In this document: positions 50,975 to 62,715 of the stretch, piece after piece
How the letters are laid out: every line of letters begins with the position of its first letter
How positions within the stretch are numbered: the first letter of the stretch is position 1
From: Hydrolagus colliei
Taxonomy: Eukaryota
Assembly (NCBI GenBank): GCA_035084275.1
Contig: CM068743.1
Span: 104,656,001-104,720,000 of the forward strand
Direction: 5' to 3'
Length of the DNA stretch: 64,000 bases
The notes under the pieces: generated by a model
Told to the model about the DNA's origin: nothing
Databases searched by the model: none
Seen by the model: only the letters and a program-made list of their open reading frames with translations
Position numbers and translations under genes: made by a program

Positions 50975-53850
50975 GATCCTTGATGAGAACGTTGACGGAG
51001 ACTTGGATCACCCCAGGCGACACCTTCCCACACCACCCAACTACACATTCCACCATGCTCCTCGACCCAACCGTCATGGCGCTGGTGTGGCCCTCATTTC
51101 AAAGACATCCCTCGCCCTATCCCCCTACTCCTCCGGTTCCTCCCCCTCTTTTGAACAGCTCACCCTCTCTCACTCCTCCCACAGTTCCTTCAAAATCCTC
51201 TTAGTTTATCGCCCCCCCAAACCCTCTCCCACTTTCATTTCAGACTTTTCTTCACTTTTAACCTCCCTCTGTGCCTCCTCTGATCGCCTTATTATTCTTG
51301 GCGACTTCAACCTCCATTTCACCCCCTCCTGCCCCATCTCTTCTGAATTTTACTCTTTGCTCTCGTCTTTCAATTTTTCCCTTCACATTCACACTGCCAC
51401 CCACACCCACGGCCATCCGCTCGATCTGGTGATCACCCGAGGCCTCAACGTCTCTGGCGTCACCATCACCGACAAGGCCATTTCAGACTATTTTTTCATT
51501 TCTTTCAACACCTCTATCCCTCCCCCCTCCACCTCCAAACCCACCACCATCTTCTACCGGCCCTGGAAGAAGATTCCCCCACAAACCTTCACCTCTGCCC
51601 TCGAAACTTCCAACCTCCTCCCCCTGTGGCATTCTTCCTGTACCAACCAATCCTCCGCCTCCACCACCCTCCATAACACCCTCTCCACTACCCTCGACAC
51701 CCTGGCCCCCCTCACCTCCAGAAATGTCTCCCACTCCCGATCATCACCGTGGTACACAATTCACCTCCGTTCCCTCAAAAGCCAAGTGAGAGCAGCTGAA
51801 CGCACCTGGCTCAAATCTGGCCTCACGGTCCACCGGCAAATCTGGCTGGACCGAATCAAATTTTACCGCTCCGCCCTAGCCACCACCAAATCAGCCTTCT
51901 ACTCCAGGATAATCCTGGAAGCGAAGGACAACCACCGCCTTCTCTTCGCCACCACCAACCAGCTCCTCCGCCCCCCACCCGTCTCGCTTCGCAGATCCTC
52001 TCCTCAAACGAACGTTGCGAGGAGATGTTGGACTTCCTCGAGTCCAAAATAGAGAGAATCCGCTCTGCAGTTTCCTCCCCCCACCTCTCCTCCACCTCCG
52101 CCCCTCCATCCGTTAATTCAACCCCCACCCACCCCCCCTTTCATACTTTCATCCCCACCTCCCCGTCTTCAGTGACAAAAATAATCACCTCCATGAAACC
52201 CACCACGTGTTCATTGGACCCCATCCCCACCCCCCTCCTCCACACCCAGCTCCACCTTTTAGCCCCGCTCATTTCTGACACCATCAACCTTTCCCTCTCC
52301 TCAGGCACCGTCCCTACCTCCCTTAAAACAGCCACCATCACCCCTATCCTGAAAAAACCCTCCCTTGATGCGTCGCAGCCATCAAGCTACCGACCCATCT
52401 CCAACCTCCCGTTTTTATCCAAGGTCCTTGAAAGAGTGGTTGCCTCCCAGCTCCGCTCTTTCCTCTCAACTCACTCACTCCTTGAACCCCTCCAATCAGG
52501 TTTCCGCCCTATCCACAGCACAGAAACTGCCCTGGTTAAGGTCACAAATGACATCCTAACCGCCTGTGACCAGGGCTCCCTCTGCCTCCTCGTCCTCCTT
52601 GACCTGTCTGCTGCGTTCGACACAGTCGATCACACCATCCTCCTTCAATGTCTTTCCTCCCACCTCAACCTTCAAGGCACAGTCCTTGACTGGTTCCATT
52701 CCTACCTGACCTACCGCCTACATTTTGTATCTTCCAATGGTTTTTCCTCAAACCCCCGCACAGTTTCTCACAGCATCCCCCAGGGCTCTGTCCTCGGCCC
52801 CCTCCTTTTCACCATTTACACGCTCCCTCTGGGTGATGTCATCCGCAAACATGGGGTAAATTTCCACATGTATGCAGACGACACCCAGCTGTACCTTTCT
52901 GCCTCATCCCTCAACCCCCAGACCATCAATGTTCTGACAGCATGTCTGTCAGACATTGAGTCCTGCACGAGGAACAACTTCCTCCAATTGAACGTGAGCA
53001 AGACTGAGGCCCTCCTGATCGGCTCAAGCCAGCGCCTCCGCACATCGGGCGCTGCCAGCCTCAACATCCAAGGCTGTACTCTCCACCTCACAAAGCCAGT
53101 CAGGAACCTCGGCATCACGTTCGACCATAAACTCTCCTTCCTCCCCCACATCCGCGCCTTGACCGGCACCGCTTATTTCCACCTGCGCAACATTGCCAGG
53201 CTCTGCAACTATCTTACCCCCCGCGCTGCCGAAACACTCGTGCACGCATACATCACCTCATGGCTGGACTACGGAAACTCTCTCCTCGTCGGCCTCCCCA
53301 ATTCCTCCATTCACAGGCTGCAGGTCATCCAAAACTCTGCAGCCCGTGTATTATCCCGCACCCGCCTTCGCGCCCACATAACCCCCACCCTCGCCCGTCT
53401 CCACTGGCTCCCCATCCTCCAGAGGATCGAGTTCAAGATCCTCGTCCTCACCTTCAAAGCCTTACACGGCCTTGCCCCGCCCTATTTAACCAATCTACTC
53501 TCCCCCTACAAGCCCACCCGGACCCTCCGTTCAGCAGGCCTTGGCCTGCTCCAAGCCCCCCACCCGAACCGCCCCACCATCGGACGCCGGGCCTTCAGTT
53601 TCTCCGCTCCCACCCTGTGGAATTCCATCCCCGCTTTGTTTCTTCCCTTTCCTCTTTCAAGGCCGGTTTGAAGACTTTCCTCTTCGACCGTGCCTTTTGT
53701 TCCCCCCCGAATATTTCGACCTCCCCTACGTGTTTCACCCCTTCCCGAACACTCCCCTCCCAGCTCGGGTCACACGCCTCCTGTGCAGCGCCTTGGGACG
53801 TCCTCCCGACGTGAAAGGCACTTTATAAGTTTAAGTTGTTGTTGTTGTTG
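50975..53850 (+). mobile_element. L2-clade LINE, near full-length ORF2 (APE endonuclease + RT), few frameshifts
   Basis: EN motifs TETW, YRPP, LGDFN, THTHGHPLDL, ISD; RT motifs [44 protein letters not shown]; (GTT)n tail. Confidence 0.96.
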
Positions 53851-53909
53851 ACCCCTTCATCTCATGCCCTCTATATCTTTAAATCTCACCTAAAAACCTA
53901 ACTTGATTC

Positions 53910-54255
53910 ATAATAATAATAATAATCCTTGCATTTGATATAAGAGCTTTCCACATCTTATCAACGTCCCAAAGCGCTTCACAGAATATACTGTAAAGTG
54001 AATTAACTGTATATATTTGTGGGCGAATCACGGCAGCCAATTGCGCACAGCAGTGTCCCACACACAGTCGTGGATTGAAATGACCAATTTTATTATTGTG
54101 GTTTTTTTGGGAGGGATTATTATTAGGCGTGTGGAGTAAGGAAACTTGCCCAAGGTTTCGCCCTGACCTGCCTGGATTCGAACACAGGTCTCCCCAGCTT
54201 GGTTTCCCCAGCTTGCAAGGCAAGTGCTCTAACCAATGAGCCACAGGAGCTCCAC
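53910..54255 (-). mobile_element. tRNA-SINE, young subfamily (14-bp duplication)
   Basis: Near-identical reverse complement of 3374-3720. Confidence 0.92.
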
Positions 54256-54456
54256 AATTCATGCCTGTTGTGATCTCCCCTTCCTGCTCTCCCTTGGTTC
54301 AACCTTCAACCCAGTCATTGCGAAGTGCTAAGATTAGCCTGATCCAAAACTCACATGCTCGCCACTCACATACTCACCCCGCACTAAACTCTGTACACCT
54401 GTCACATTAGTTCTAGCCAGGCTCCACTGGCTCCCCATTGCGAATCAGATCAATCT

Positions 54457-54625
54457 CATAAGAACATAAGAACATAAGAATTAGGAGCAGGAGTAGGCCA
54501 TTCGGCCCCTCGAGCCTGTTCCACCATTCAATAAGATCATGTCTGATCTTCTCACCTAACTCTAATTACCTGCCCTATCCCCATATCTCCTAATCCCTCT
54601 ATTTTTCAAAAATCTATCAGTCTCA
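54457..54625 (-). mobile_element. CR1 3' tail inserted in an L2 remnant
   Basis: (cataagaa)x3 plus ttaggagcaggagtaggccattcggcccctcgagcctg; L2-like sequence on both sides. Confidence 0.85.
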
Positions 54626-55834
54626 AGATGAATGCCTTCATGCTCTGGCATCTCACCTGTCTGACCTGCTTACTTCTTAACCCACTGCCAGCTGCCTCCA
54701 CTTAACTGGCTCTGGCCTCCTGCATTTTCCTCGTGCCCTCTGTTCCACCATCGGAGGCTGCGTTTTCAGCCACTATGCCCCCAGTAAAGGTTAGGGTGAA
54801 GAGGGAGAGAAGTAAATTGATGTCTCCTTGAGGCTCAACCATCTCCATTGCAATACTATTACCTATGGAATGCCACAATACAGATGACAACTTTTGATAG
54901 GTTCTTTCCTTTAAGTTTAAATGATCTCTATGCATATTTAACCCAACCTATTAACACGACTCAAGTTTTAGTAGTACGTTATCACTTGCTCTGTCCTCTA
55001 CTTGTGCATGACTGTAATAGCCTTACATGTATTAATAAGCACTGGCTGTTATTTTCATGTAATCTTCTCCCCACCAATTGCTGTCAATACAGAATGTGAC
55101 AGTAGTAAAATGTGAAAAATGAGCTGAGCGAGAAGGAGGGCTTGATCAGCATACCTTTGATTTGGTCTAAGAAAAACCTTCAATGCAGCCCTGGTAGCCT
55201 GAACGCCAGCCTGAAGGAACTTCAGGGAATTTCTTTTTGAAAGGGGATAAGATGCTATTGGATGCACTTGTTGAACACAATCGAGATTCTCTGCCTTTTT
55301 TATTTTTAATTTCCAAGATTTACATTGACTAAATTCGGAACCAGATGTGAAAATTAGTATGTTTTTCACAAACTCTTAACAGTCTTTTCACAGAGAATGT
55401 AAATGTCTGCTTAGTGGAGAAGGTTATTTGATTACTATTTTTCTGAAGGCTAACATTGTTCTGAAGTGACCGTCCAAGCCGTTTTCCTATGTGAAGGGTG
55501 TACTATAAATGCAAATTGCTGTTGTTCTTGTTGGTTACATGGAGACAATCTACCTGCCTTCAACCGTCTTCAGATCGGATGAGATCATGCATTTTCCATG
55601 AACTTACAAGTTTACCAGTGATGCCAAACAGCAATAACAACAACACTTACACAAATCCCAGTCTTGGTAGCTTGTTGTATTTTATTGATATTAACATACG
55701 CTCTGAAACACTGTCTGGCATGAAGGGTGCTATATTGTAGTTGTAATAATGATAAACCTTGCATTTGATGTAGCGCCTTGTGTCGTTGAGATGTCTCAAA
55801 GCGTTTCACCGAATGAACTGTAAAATGAACAAAA

Positions 55835-56066
55835 TGCAAAAAATACGACAGATGCTGGAAATCTGATACAAAAACAGAAGTCGCTGGGAACACTCAGCAG
55901 GTCAGGTAGCATCTATGGGGAAAGGAAAGTGAGTCAACATTTCAGGTCGACGTCCGTGACCTGTTCTGATGAAGGGTCATGAACCCAAAAGGTTGACTCG
56001 CGTTCCTTTCTCCATGGATGCTGCCTGACCTGCTGAGTGTTCTCTGCGATTTTGGTTTTTGTTTGA
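55835..56066. mobile_element. Penelope-like inverted terminal-repeat pair inserted in a SINE
   Basis: Arms about 55869-55945 and 55985-56064 are reverse complements; degenerate hammerhead core ctgatgaagggtc..acccaaaa. Confidence 0.7.
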
Positions 56067-56452
56067 TACAGTGAATTGACTGTGACTGTATTTTGTGTGC
56101 AAAGGCGGCAGTTAATTTTGCACAGCAGTGTCCCTAAAACAGTCGTGAATTGAGTGATCAACTTATTGTTTGTTTATTTTTGAAGCAATTTTTCCACCCA
56201 GAGAGCAATCCACCAATGGATTAAGAACTGGATTCCTACTAGGTAAACAGAGGCGTTATGCATTTGACACGAGTCAAGCTGAGTCTGCATTGGTCAGATT
56301 TTGTTTACCAGAGATGGCATGTAGGATATTTGGATGGGGACAGAAATGAAACCCGACACCTTTTCTCGCCTCCAACTCCACAGTCACATTAGAGGACGAG
56401 CTGGAAAGCCAATACCAAGCATAGTTTCCAACCAACACATTATCTGTCCCAG

Positions 56453-56466
56453 CAACTGTTTAAAAG
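56453..56466 (+). promoter_or_regulatory. E-box plus TATA-like element of ABRA
   Basis: CAACTG immediately followed by TTTAAAAG about 110 bp upstream of the Kozak ATG. Confidence 0.4.
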
Positions 56467-56573
56467 GCAGCTCACGCTGCAGAGAGCAGCAGTCTGTACT
56501 CACACCACAACACAGGAAGCAAGAGGAGAGGAAAGCAACTCTGACGCACCAGAGCGGAACCCCAGCAACAGCC

Positions 56574-57761
56574 ATGTCCCGGGACAGCACCAAGAGTGGG
56601 GAGGCACCTAAGCGCGCTGCCAGGAGACTGAAGAGCTTGGCTCTGGTCGGAAGCCTGGCCAGAAGTTGGCAGCAATGGGCCAATGACAACACACACCGCC
56701 AAGCGGTCGGCCCCGTGGGGTGGCAGCCATCTGCAGACAAGCTGCAAAACCAGCCTCTGGACAAGGAGCAAAGCAAGCAGCTCCTCACAGAGCACAGCCT
56801 GGAGGAGAAAGATCAGCGGCCAGCACTCCTCCTCACCACTTGCAAAGACCTGGAGGAAGCTGAGGACGGATGGGAGCTTGGGGTGAAGATCAAGACCAAG
56901 GAGGTGGCAAAAAGTGTGGACGCTAAGTTGCACGAATGTGGCAGAGACAACGTGAACGCTTTGAGCAACAAATACAAGCTGGAGGTGGCCCCGGGAGTCC
57001 AGTCTCTGCAAGGCCACAAGTCCCCCAGAAGGAGGCACCACTGCACCAGCCTGGTGGTGGAGCTGACCAGGAGTTGGAAGCAGATCGAGGAAGAAAACGA
57101 ACCCCAACTAACTGACAAGTCTCAGAGCATCAGAAGCCCAGTCACAGACACAGAGGGGGGCGGCCAGACTGCTGCGCCGAGACCGGAGAGAGGTGCCAAG
57201 TCATGGAAAAGGGAGAAGGAGACTGGCGATGGGGATGATGAGCTGCTGCCCAGGATTAAGAGAGCTGGGGGCTCATTGAGCCTCAGGGAAGAGGTTGGCA
57301 AGGACAGAAACCTGGTGGCCAGCAAGAAGTATAACCCGCTGATAAGTCTGAAAAGCCAGTGGCAGGAATGGGCTGATCACCACCAGGTGAAGCAGAAACT
57401 CAATCCTTTCAGCGAGGAGTTTGACTATGAGCTGGCCATGTCCACCCGCTTACAGAAAGGTGACCAGGGCTACGGGCGGCCTAAAGAAGGCACCAAGACA
57501 GCTGAGAGAGCCCATAGAGCAGAGGCTCACATCAGGCGGGAGATGGTGGACATGTGCTTCATCATCAGGAGCATGGGCCAGCCTGGTGCGGATGGTAGAG
57601 TCCGCATCACCTTCGGGGAGCTCTTCGAGCGCTATGTCCGCATCTCGGACAAAGTGGTGGGCATCCTAATGCGGGCAAGGAAGCATGGATACCTGCACTT
57701 CGAGGGCGAGATGCTGTGGCAGGGAAGGGACGATGGTGTGATCATCACTATGTTGCAGTGA
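56574..57761 (+). CDS. ABRA: Actin-binding Rho-activating protein (STARS/MS1)-like, single coding exon, 395 aa
   Basis: SLARSWQQWAN, KLNPFSEEFDYELAMSTRL.KGD.GYGRPKEGTKTAERA, Costars domain TFGELFERYVRISDKVVGILMRARKHG..FEGEMLWQGRDD; acagccATG context. Confidence 0.95.
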   Translation: MSRDSTKSGEAPKRAARRLKSLALVGSLARSWQQWANDNTHRQAVGPVGWQPSADKLQNQPLDKEQSKQLLTEHSLEEKDQRPALLLTTCKDLEEAEDGWELGVKIKTKEVAKSVDAKLHECGRDNVNALSNKYKLEVAPGVQSLQGHKSPRRRHHCTSLVVELTRSWKQIEEENEPQLTDKSQSIRSPVTDTEGGGQTAAPRPERGAKSWKREKETGDGDDELLPRIKRAGGSLSLREEVGKDRNLVASKKYNPLISLKSQWQEWADHHQVKQKLNPFSEEFDYELAMSTRLQKGDQGYGRPKEGTKTAERAHRAEAHIRREMVDMCFIIRSMGQPGADGRVRITFGELFERYVRISDKVVGILMRARKHGYLHFEGEMLWQGRDDGVIITMLQ

Positions 57762-58552
57762 GTAGCTGTGCGGGAAGGACGAAAAGGAATCAAGTCACTG
57801 CTGCACTGAGCATTTATAGCTTTTTCTTTCAAACAAATACAATGGCAAGTCAGCTGTCAAAATGTCTACGGATACTTAATGACTAGTACTATACTTTACT
57901 CTTTTCCTTTCCTCTGTTCAAGGCACATCTCAACATGTGCCATGTTGGTCACACTTTTGGTCATCATTCCTCTCGCTCCCTCGCCACCGCCCATGTGCCC
58001 TTCCAGCACCCTGAAGGGTTTTGAGACATTTTCGCTGTGAAAAACGTTACACGAATTGTATTCAAGTCGTTAGTTTTTATTTCTTAAGTGTGCCACTGAT
58101 CGCGTTAATCTTTTAATGTATTTTTAAAAGATTCTTCGGATGTTTGTTAAGAACAAATCTGAAGCTGCGATTGTTACATACTTTGTTTGTAAATATTGTT
58201 GAACGTCTTACGTGGAGACTGAAGATTTGTGCTGCTGCTATGCTGGAGTCATTCTCTTGCAGAAACCAGTTGCTTGTTTAACAGGTGATACAGTCAAATC
58301 ATGTTCCAAAACGTTGGCGCTGTGATTTAACTTTGAACAAGAGTTCTACTTTCTTCATCATAATTTGAATCAACAAAATAGATAACTTAGCAAAGCCTGC
58401 TATCTGGACACTAAACTCTACTAAATGGCACATTGCGAGGTCTGAAACAATGACTGTTGAGCACCTTGGAACGTCCTCCTGACACGAAAGGAGCTATCTA
58501 TACAAGTGTAATTTTGTTGTTGTTTTGTTGCAATATCCCCTCCAATAAGTCA

Positions 58553-58915
58553 GTGGAGTCCTGTAGCTCAGTGATTAGAGCACTCGCCTCGCAAGCGAGA
58601 GACTTGGATTTGATTCCCAGCAAGTCGAAATGTTGGGCAAGTTTCCTTACACCACACGCTTCTGCTTACCTAGCAGTAAGTAAGAACCCTGGTTGTAAGT
58701 CAATTGGCGGATTGTTTTCCAGGGGTAACAATACCTTCAAAAAATATATAAATTGGTCACTCAATCCACGAATCCACGCTGCTGTATGCAATTGATTACA
58801 TTTCGCCCAGAAAATATGCAATCAATTCACTTTACAGTATTTTCTTTGAAGAACTTTGAGACATCTCAAAAACACAATAAGGTGTTATATCAAATGCAAG
58901 GATTATCGTTATTAT
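58553..58915 (+). mobile_element. tRNA-SINE, long subfamily
   Basis: Head plus extra segment ctgcttacctagcagtaagtaagaaccc.. plus tail. Confidence 0.88.
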
Positions 58916-60966
58916 TACATTGGACCTTCTTCTCTGGCTTTAAGTATTTTCTGAATTTTTCATAGCAGCATTAATATTAAACTTTCACATTTGTAATAAG
59001 ACTTACACCAGTCATGTTTTTTTATTCTGAAGCAGTGGGTGAATAGTTATAGACCTGTTAAAAATATTTGAATAAGCAAGGGTATATTATAAAGTATTAC
59101 AATTGATATAAGTTATTCAATACAGGTCATTAACACATGTACTGTCAGTGCATTTACACTAGCGCAAATATACAGGAAAAGATCCAATATGGAACTATGC
59201 TCAAGTTTCTGTTTTGGTGAGATAATTCACTGCTGGTTAAAGCTAGAATGAAGGGAAAGCAAATAGTAAACTAAGAAAAGCACTGTGGTAGTTCTCACTG
59301 CAAAATATTGACACTTCAATGCTATGAATGGTTTTCGCTTGCAGTCTAGATTAAAACAGAATTATTTTAAGTGAATATCACCTTTAGTTGAGATGATTGA
59401 ATATTCTGTAAATAGCATGAATGGCTTTGTCTGATTCAGATGATGACAATGTTTTGCACTCCAGACTCAATGTTTATAATCCATTATTGCATATTTATTA
59501 AGTTGACAGCTGAACTTCCAAATACTCCTTCAAATTGAAAGCATTCAAAATGCCACTGATGGGCAGGTGGAAGGACAACTAGATTGTTCCAGAGTTTGGG
59601 GGCATAGTGGCTGAAAGCGCCAATGGTGGGGCAGAGTGTAAGGGACACGCAGGAGGCCTGTGGAACAAAAGTAAAGACAACAATTACTTGCATTTTTATA
59701 CCAACCTCATGTTGTGTAATGTCTCCAATGTTGTACTGTCAACTTAGTAATGTAGTCTAAATTAATCTGTCTGTTTACTGACCTTTATAGTGAGTTTCCA
59801 TTGTACAGTATTTCAAATCCAACCAAATCCAGATGCTGCAGGTTTTCAGGACACAACCATGCCCTATTCTATGCAATTTACCATTTGTTTAGTTTGCCAA
59901 TAATTCAATAACACCCATCTTTCACAGCAGGATCAAAACAAATATTATACAAAAATAGGCTATTTATTGGTTATTATTCATTTGTTTCATAAACTATGTA
60001 TAATTCTATCTGCATGGACCCAACATATTTGATCTGTTAATGAAATATTAGTTTTGCCTTGCTGTTTCAAGAAAGAGAAGTTTACAATGTTTCTGTGAGC
60101 TTATTTAAATTATCTGTTGGCTTGATCACAGTAAACGTTACACTCCAAAGATCATGAAGGCTAGACTTTTATCAAATGTGCAACCTTTCTCCATAACTGG
60201 GATATTGTTTAGTTTTAAATGCATAGTGTAAGGTGCGGTAAGATAAAAATACTTGGGAGCCACAAATCCCCATGTTAAAAGCAGCAATGTAATTTGAAAA
60301 AAATATTTAAATATCTTGCAATATAATTGCATTAGATACATAACATTTTGTTTTCCAAGAAACATTCAAAAAATTAAGTCAAAACTGGATGCAAATTTGC
60401 ATACATAATTTGTACACTTACTAATATTCTGTGGTTCAGGATAAATGTGAGGCAGTGGAATAGTGGACCTTGGATTTGTACTGCAATCTCTAAGGATAGA
60501 TTCTTATGGACCTCAGACATGCCACTGCTTACAGGATATTCCCCATGACCTTGGTTTTCCCAGGAAGGTATTTAGTAGGGGCAGTTTCAAGATGGGCATT
60601 GATGTTTGACAGAGAAGGTAATTGGTGAGCATGACAGACAGGGCGGCATCACTTGACAACTAGACCCAATGAATTTAAAGATTTTATCCCACACTTTGCT
60701 CCTACTTCCACAGCTAAATGGTTAACATCTGTGTTAAATGGGACCTTCAAACTTCGATTCTGTTGCTCTTCAGACCCATCTTAAGATTTTACTCAGATGT
60801 TACAAGATAATAACAAAATTACATTTGTATAGCGCCTTTCACGCTGGGAGGACATCCCAAGGCACTGAAGATACAGTATATGGACTTCAAATATTTATCA
60901 TCTTAGGTAATAATCAGTGAATCCCAGAAATGGTGAGATGAAAATCTAATGTATTGTGGATTCAAT

Positions 60967-60980
60967 GTGCCCTCTACTGG
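60967..60980 (-). promoter_or_regulatory. Putative CTCF site
   Basis: CCAGTAGAGGGCAC, full match to CCASYAGRKGGCRS. Confidence 0.55.
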
Positions 60981-62359
60981 TCGGAATTGAAGTCTACTTA
61001 GAAGTACAATACGATTTTTAGACTAATAATCTTTGCATACATTTACACTTACAATGTGCAGGTTAGGAGGACTTCCCAAAGTGCTTGGTTTTGTAGTGCT
61101 GAGTATAAAAGAAATAAACAGAAAATGGTGCAAATCTACAACAGGTCAAACCAACACCAGAGTGAAAAATAAATAATAATTTCAGGTAGGATTTTGCATC
61201 ATAACAAATCAAGTTTTTCTAAAAATAGTCATAAAAACTAAAAGCGTTATCTTCCAACATCCACCCACCCAACAAACATCAGCATTCTGAAATTTCAGGA
61301 AATTAAGCTTCCATTGAAAAATAACTCACACATTTCAGTAAGAGCCAAATTACAATATATTTTTAAAAAAATTAAATACTAATTTATTAAACTTTATACA
61401 CATTTAGTGTATTTTATATTTTAAATCTTATCACACACATGTAACAGTTATAATAAATCCTTGCATTTTCGATATAGCGCTTTTCACATCTTCTAGATGT
61501 CTCAAAGCACTTTTCCCAGAACGTACTTTAAAGTGAATTGACTGCATATTTGTTGGCACCAGCTGTCTACTTTGATCCAGAAGCTTTACACTGTCATTTG
61601 GGAAATGATATGGGACAGGATATTCAGTTTTCACTTTGACAGTATTAGCAACTACAGTATGCAGCGGTAATGAATTTATGCTTTATGTAGCCCAAATCAG
61701 CCAATAAATAGGTTTTGGATACATTAAATATGGTAATAAGATACAATCTGGCATATACTCAAAATAATTCAGCAATCAAACTTGAATAGTGATTATGCTT
61801 TTAATTAAGACTAAATTACAGAATATACATAGGTTTCAAAATATGACATTCACAGGCAAGATCACAAAGTTTCAGCTGAATAGAATAAAAACAAAATTAG
61901 CTGCTTGTGGAGTTTCCTTCAGTTCATTTTAGTTGTTATGGTGATACAACATTTCCCAATTGACAGGAAGATCATTTGAACACTCTTACTGTTGCATTGT
62001 TTTAAACGTTTATTTTACGTTAAAAAAAGCACATCGTAAGCAAGTGTTACATGGTTAATGGTCTGTGGTTGTGTAACCTGTGCTCTTTTATTGGATCTCA
62101 GGGCAGAAGCTTCAGAGTACAGTACAGGATTTCTGAATGCATAAAACATTAATCTTCAAAATATTCAGCCATCATTAACATTTGCATTCACCCAAGACTC
62201 CTCAATGGCCCTAGTTCAGAATACTTTGTTGGAAGTGGGATTTGTGTGCAATATGTTTATAGCAAACTGTGCTTCTGAGGTATTCTATCCAATCTTGAAA
62301 GTGACAAATAATGACATCTATTCAAAGTTGTTCTAAGACAGAAACCTAGCCCTTATAAC

Positions 62360-62715
62360 AATATTATCTTGCATTTGATAAGACATATTTTCAAGACGTT
62401 TCAAATCACTCCACAGAATATACTGTAAAGTGAATTACTATGTATTTTTGGAGTGAAACTGAGCAGTCAATTGCGGCCAGCAGAGTCCCACAAACAGTCA
62501 TGTATTGAGTGACCAATTTATTATTATTATGATGTTTTGAAGGGATTATTACCGCAGGAAAAGTGATGTCAATCGACTATCTTACTAGTTACGGTAAGTA
62601 GTTCAACTTACTGCTGGGTAAACAGAGACGTGCGGAGTAAGGAAACTTGCCCAACTTTTTACCCTGCCCGGGAACCGAATCCAGATCCTCGCTTGCTAGG
62701 CAAGTGCTCTAATCA
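62360..62715 (-). mobile_element. tRNA-SINE, long subfamily
   Basis: Reverse copy including ttactgctgggtaaacagag segment. Confidence 0.8.

Noticed and set aside
53260-53828. Alternative-frame and antisense ORFs over L2, and similar ones over ABRA
   Set aside because: Shadow ORFs of GC-rich coding sequence.
56334-56573. 80-aa N-terminal extension of the 475-aa ABRA ORF
   Set aside because: Homology starts at the ATG at 56574, which has a good Kozak context, and a TATA-like element lies inside the extension. It is probably promoter and 5' UTR.
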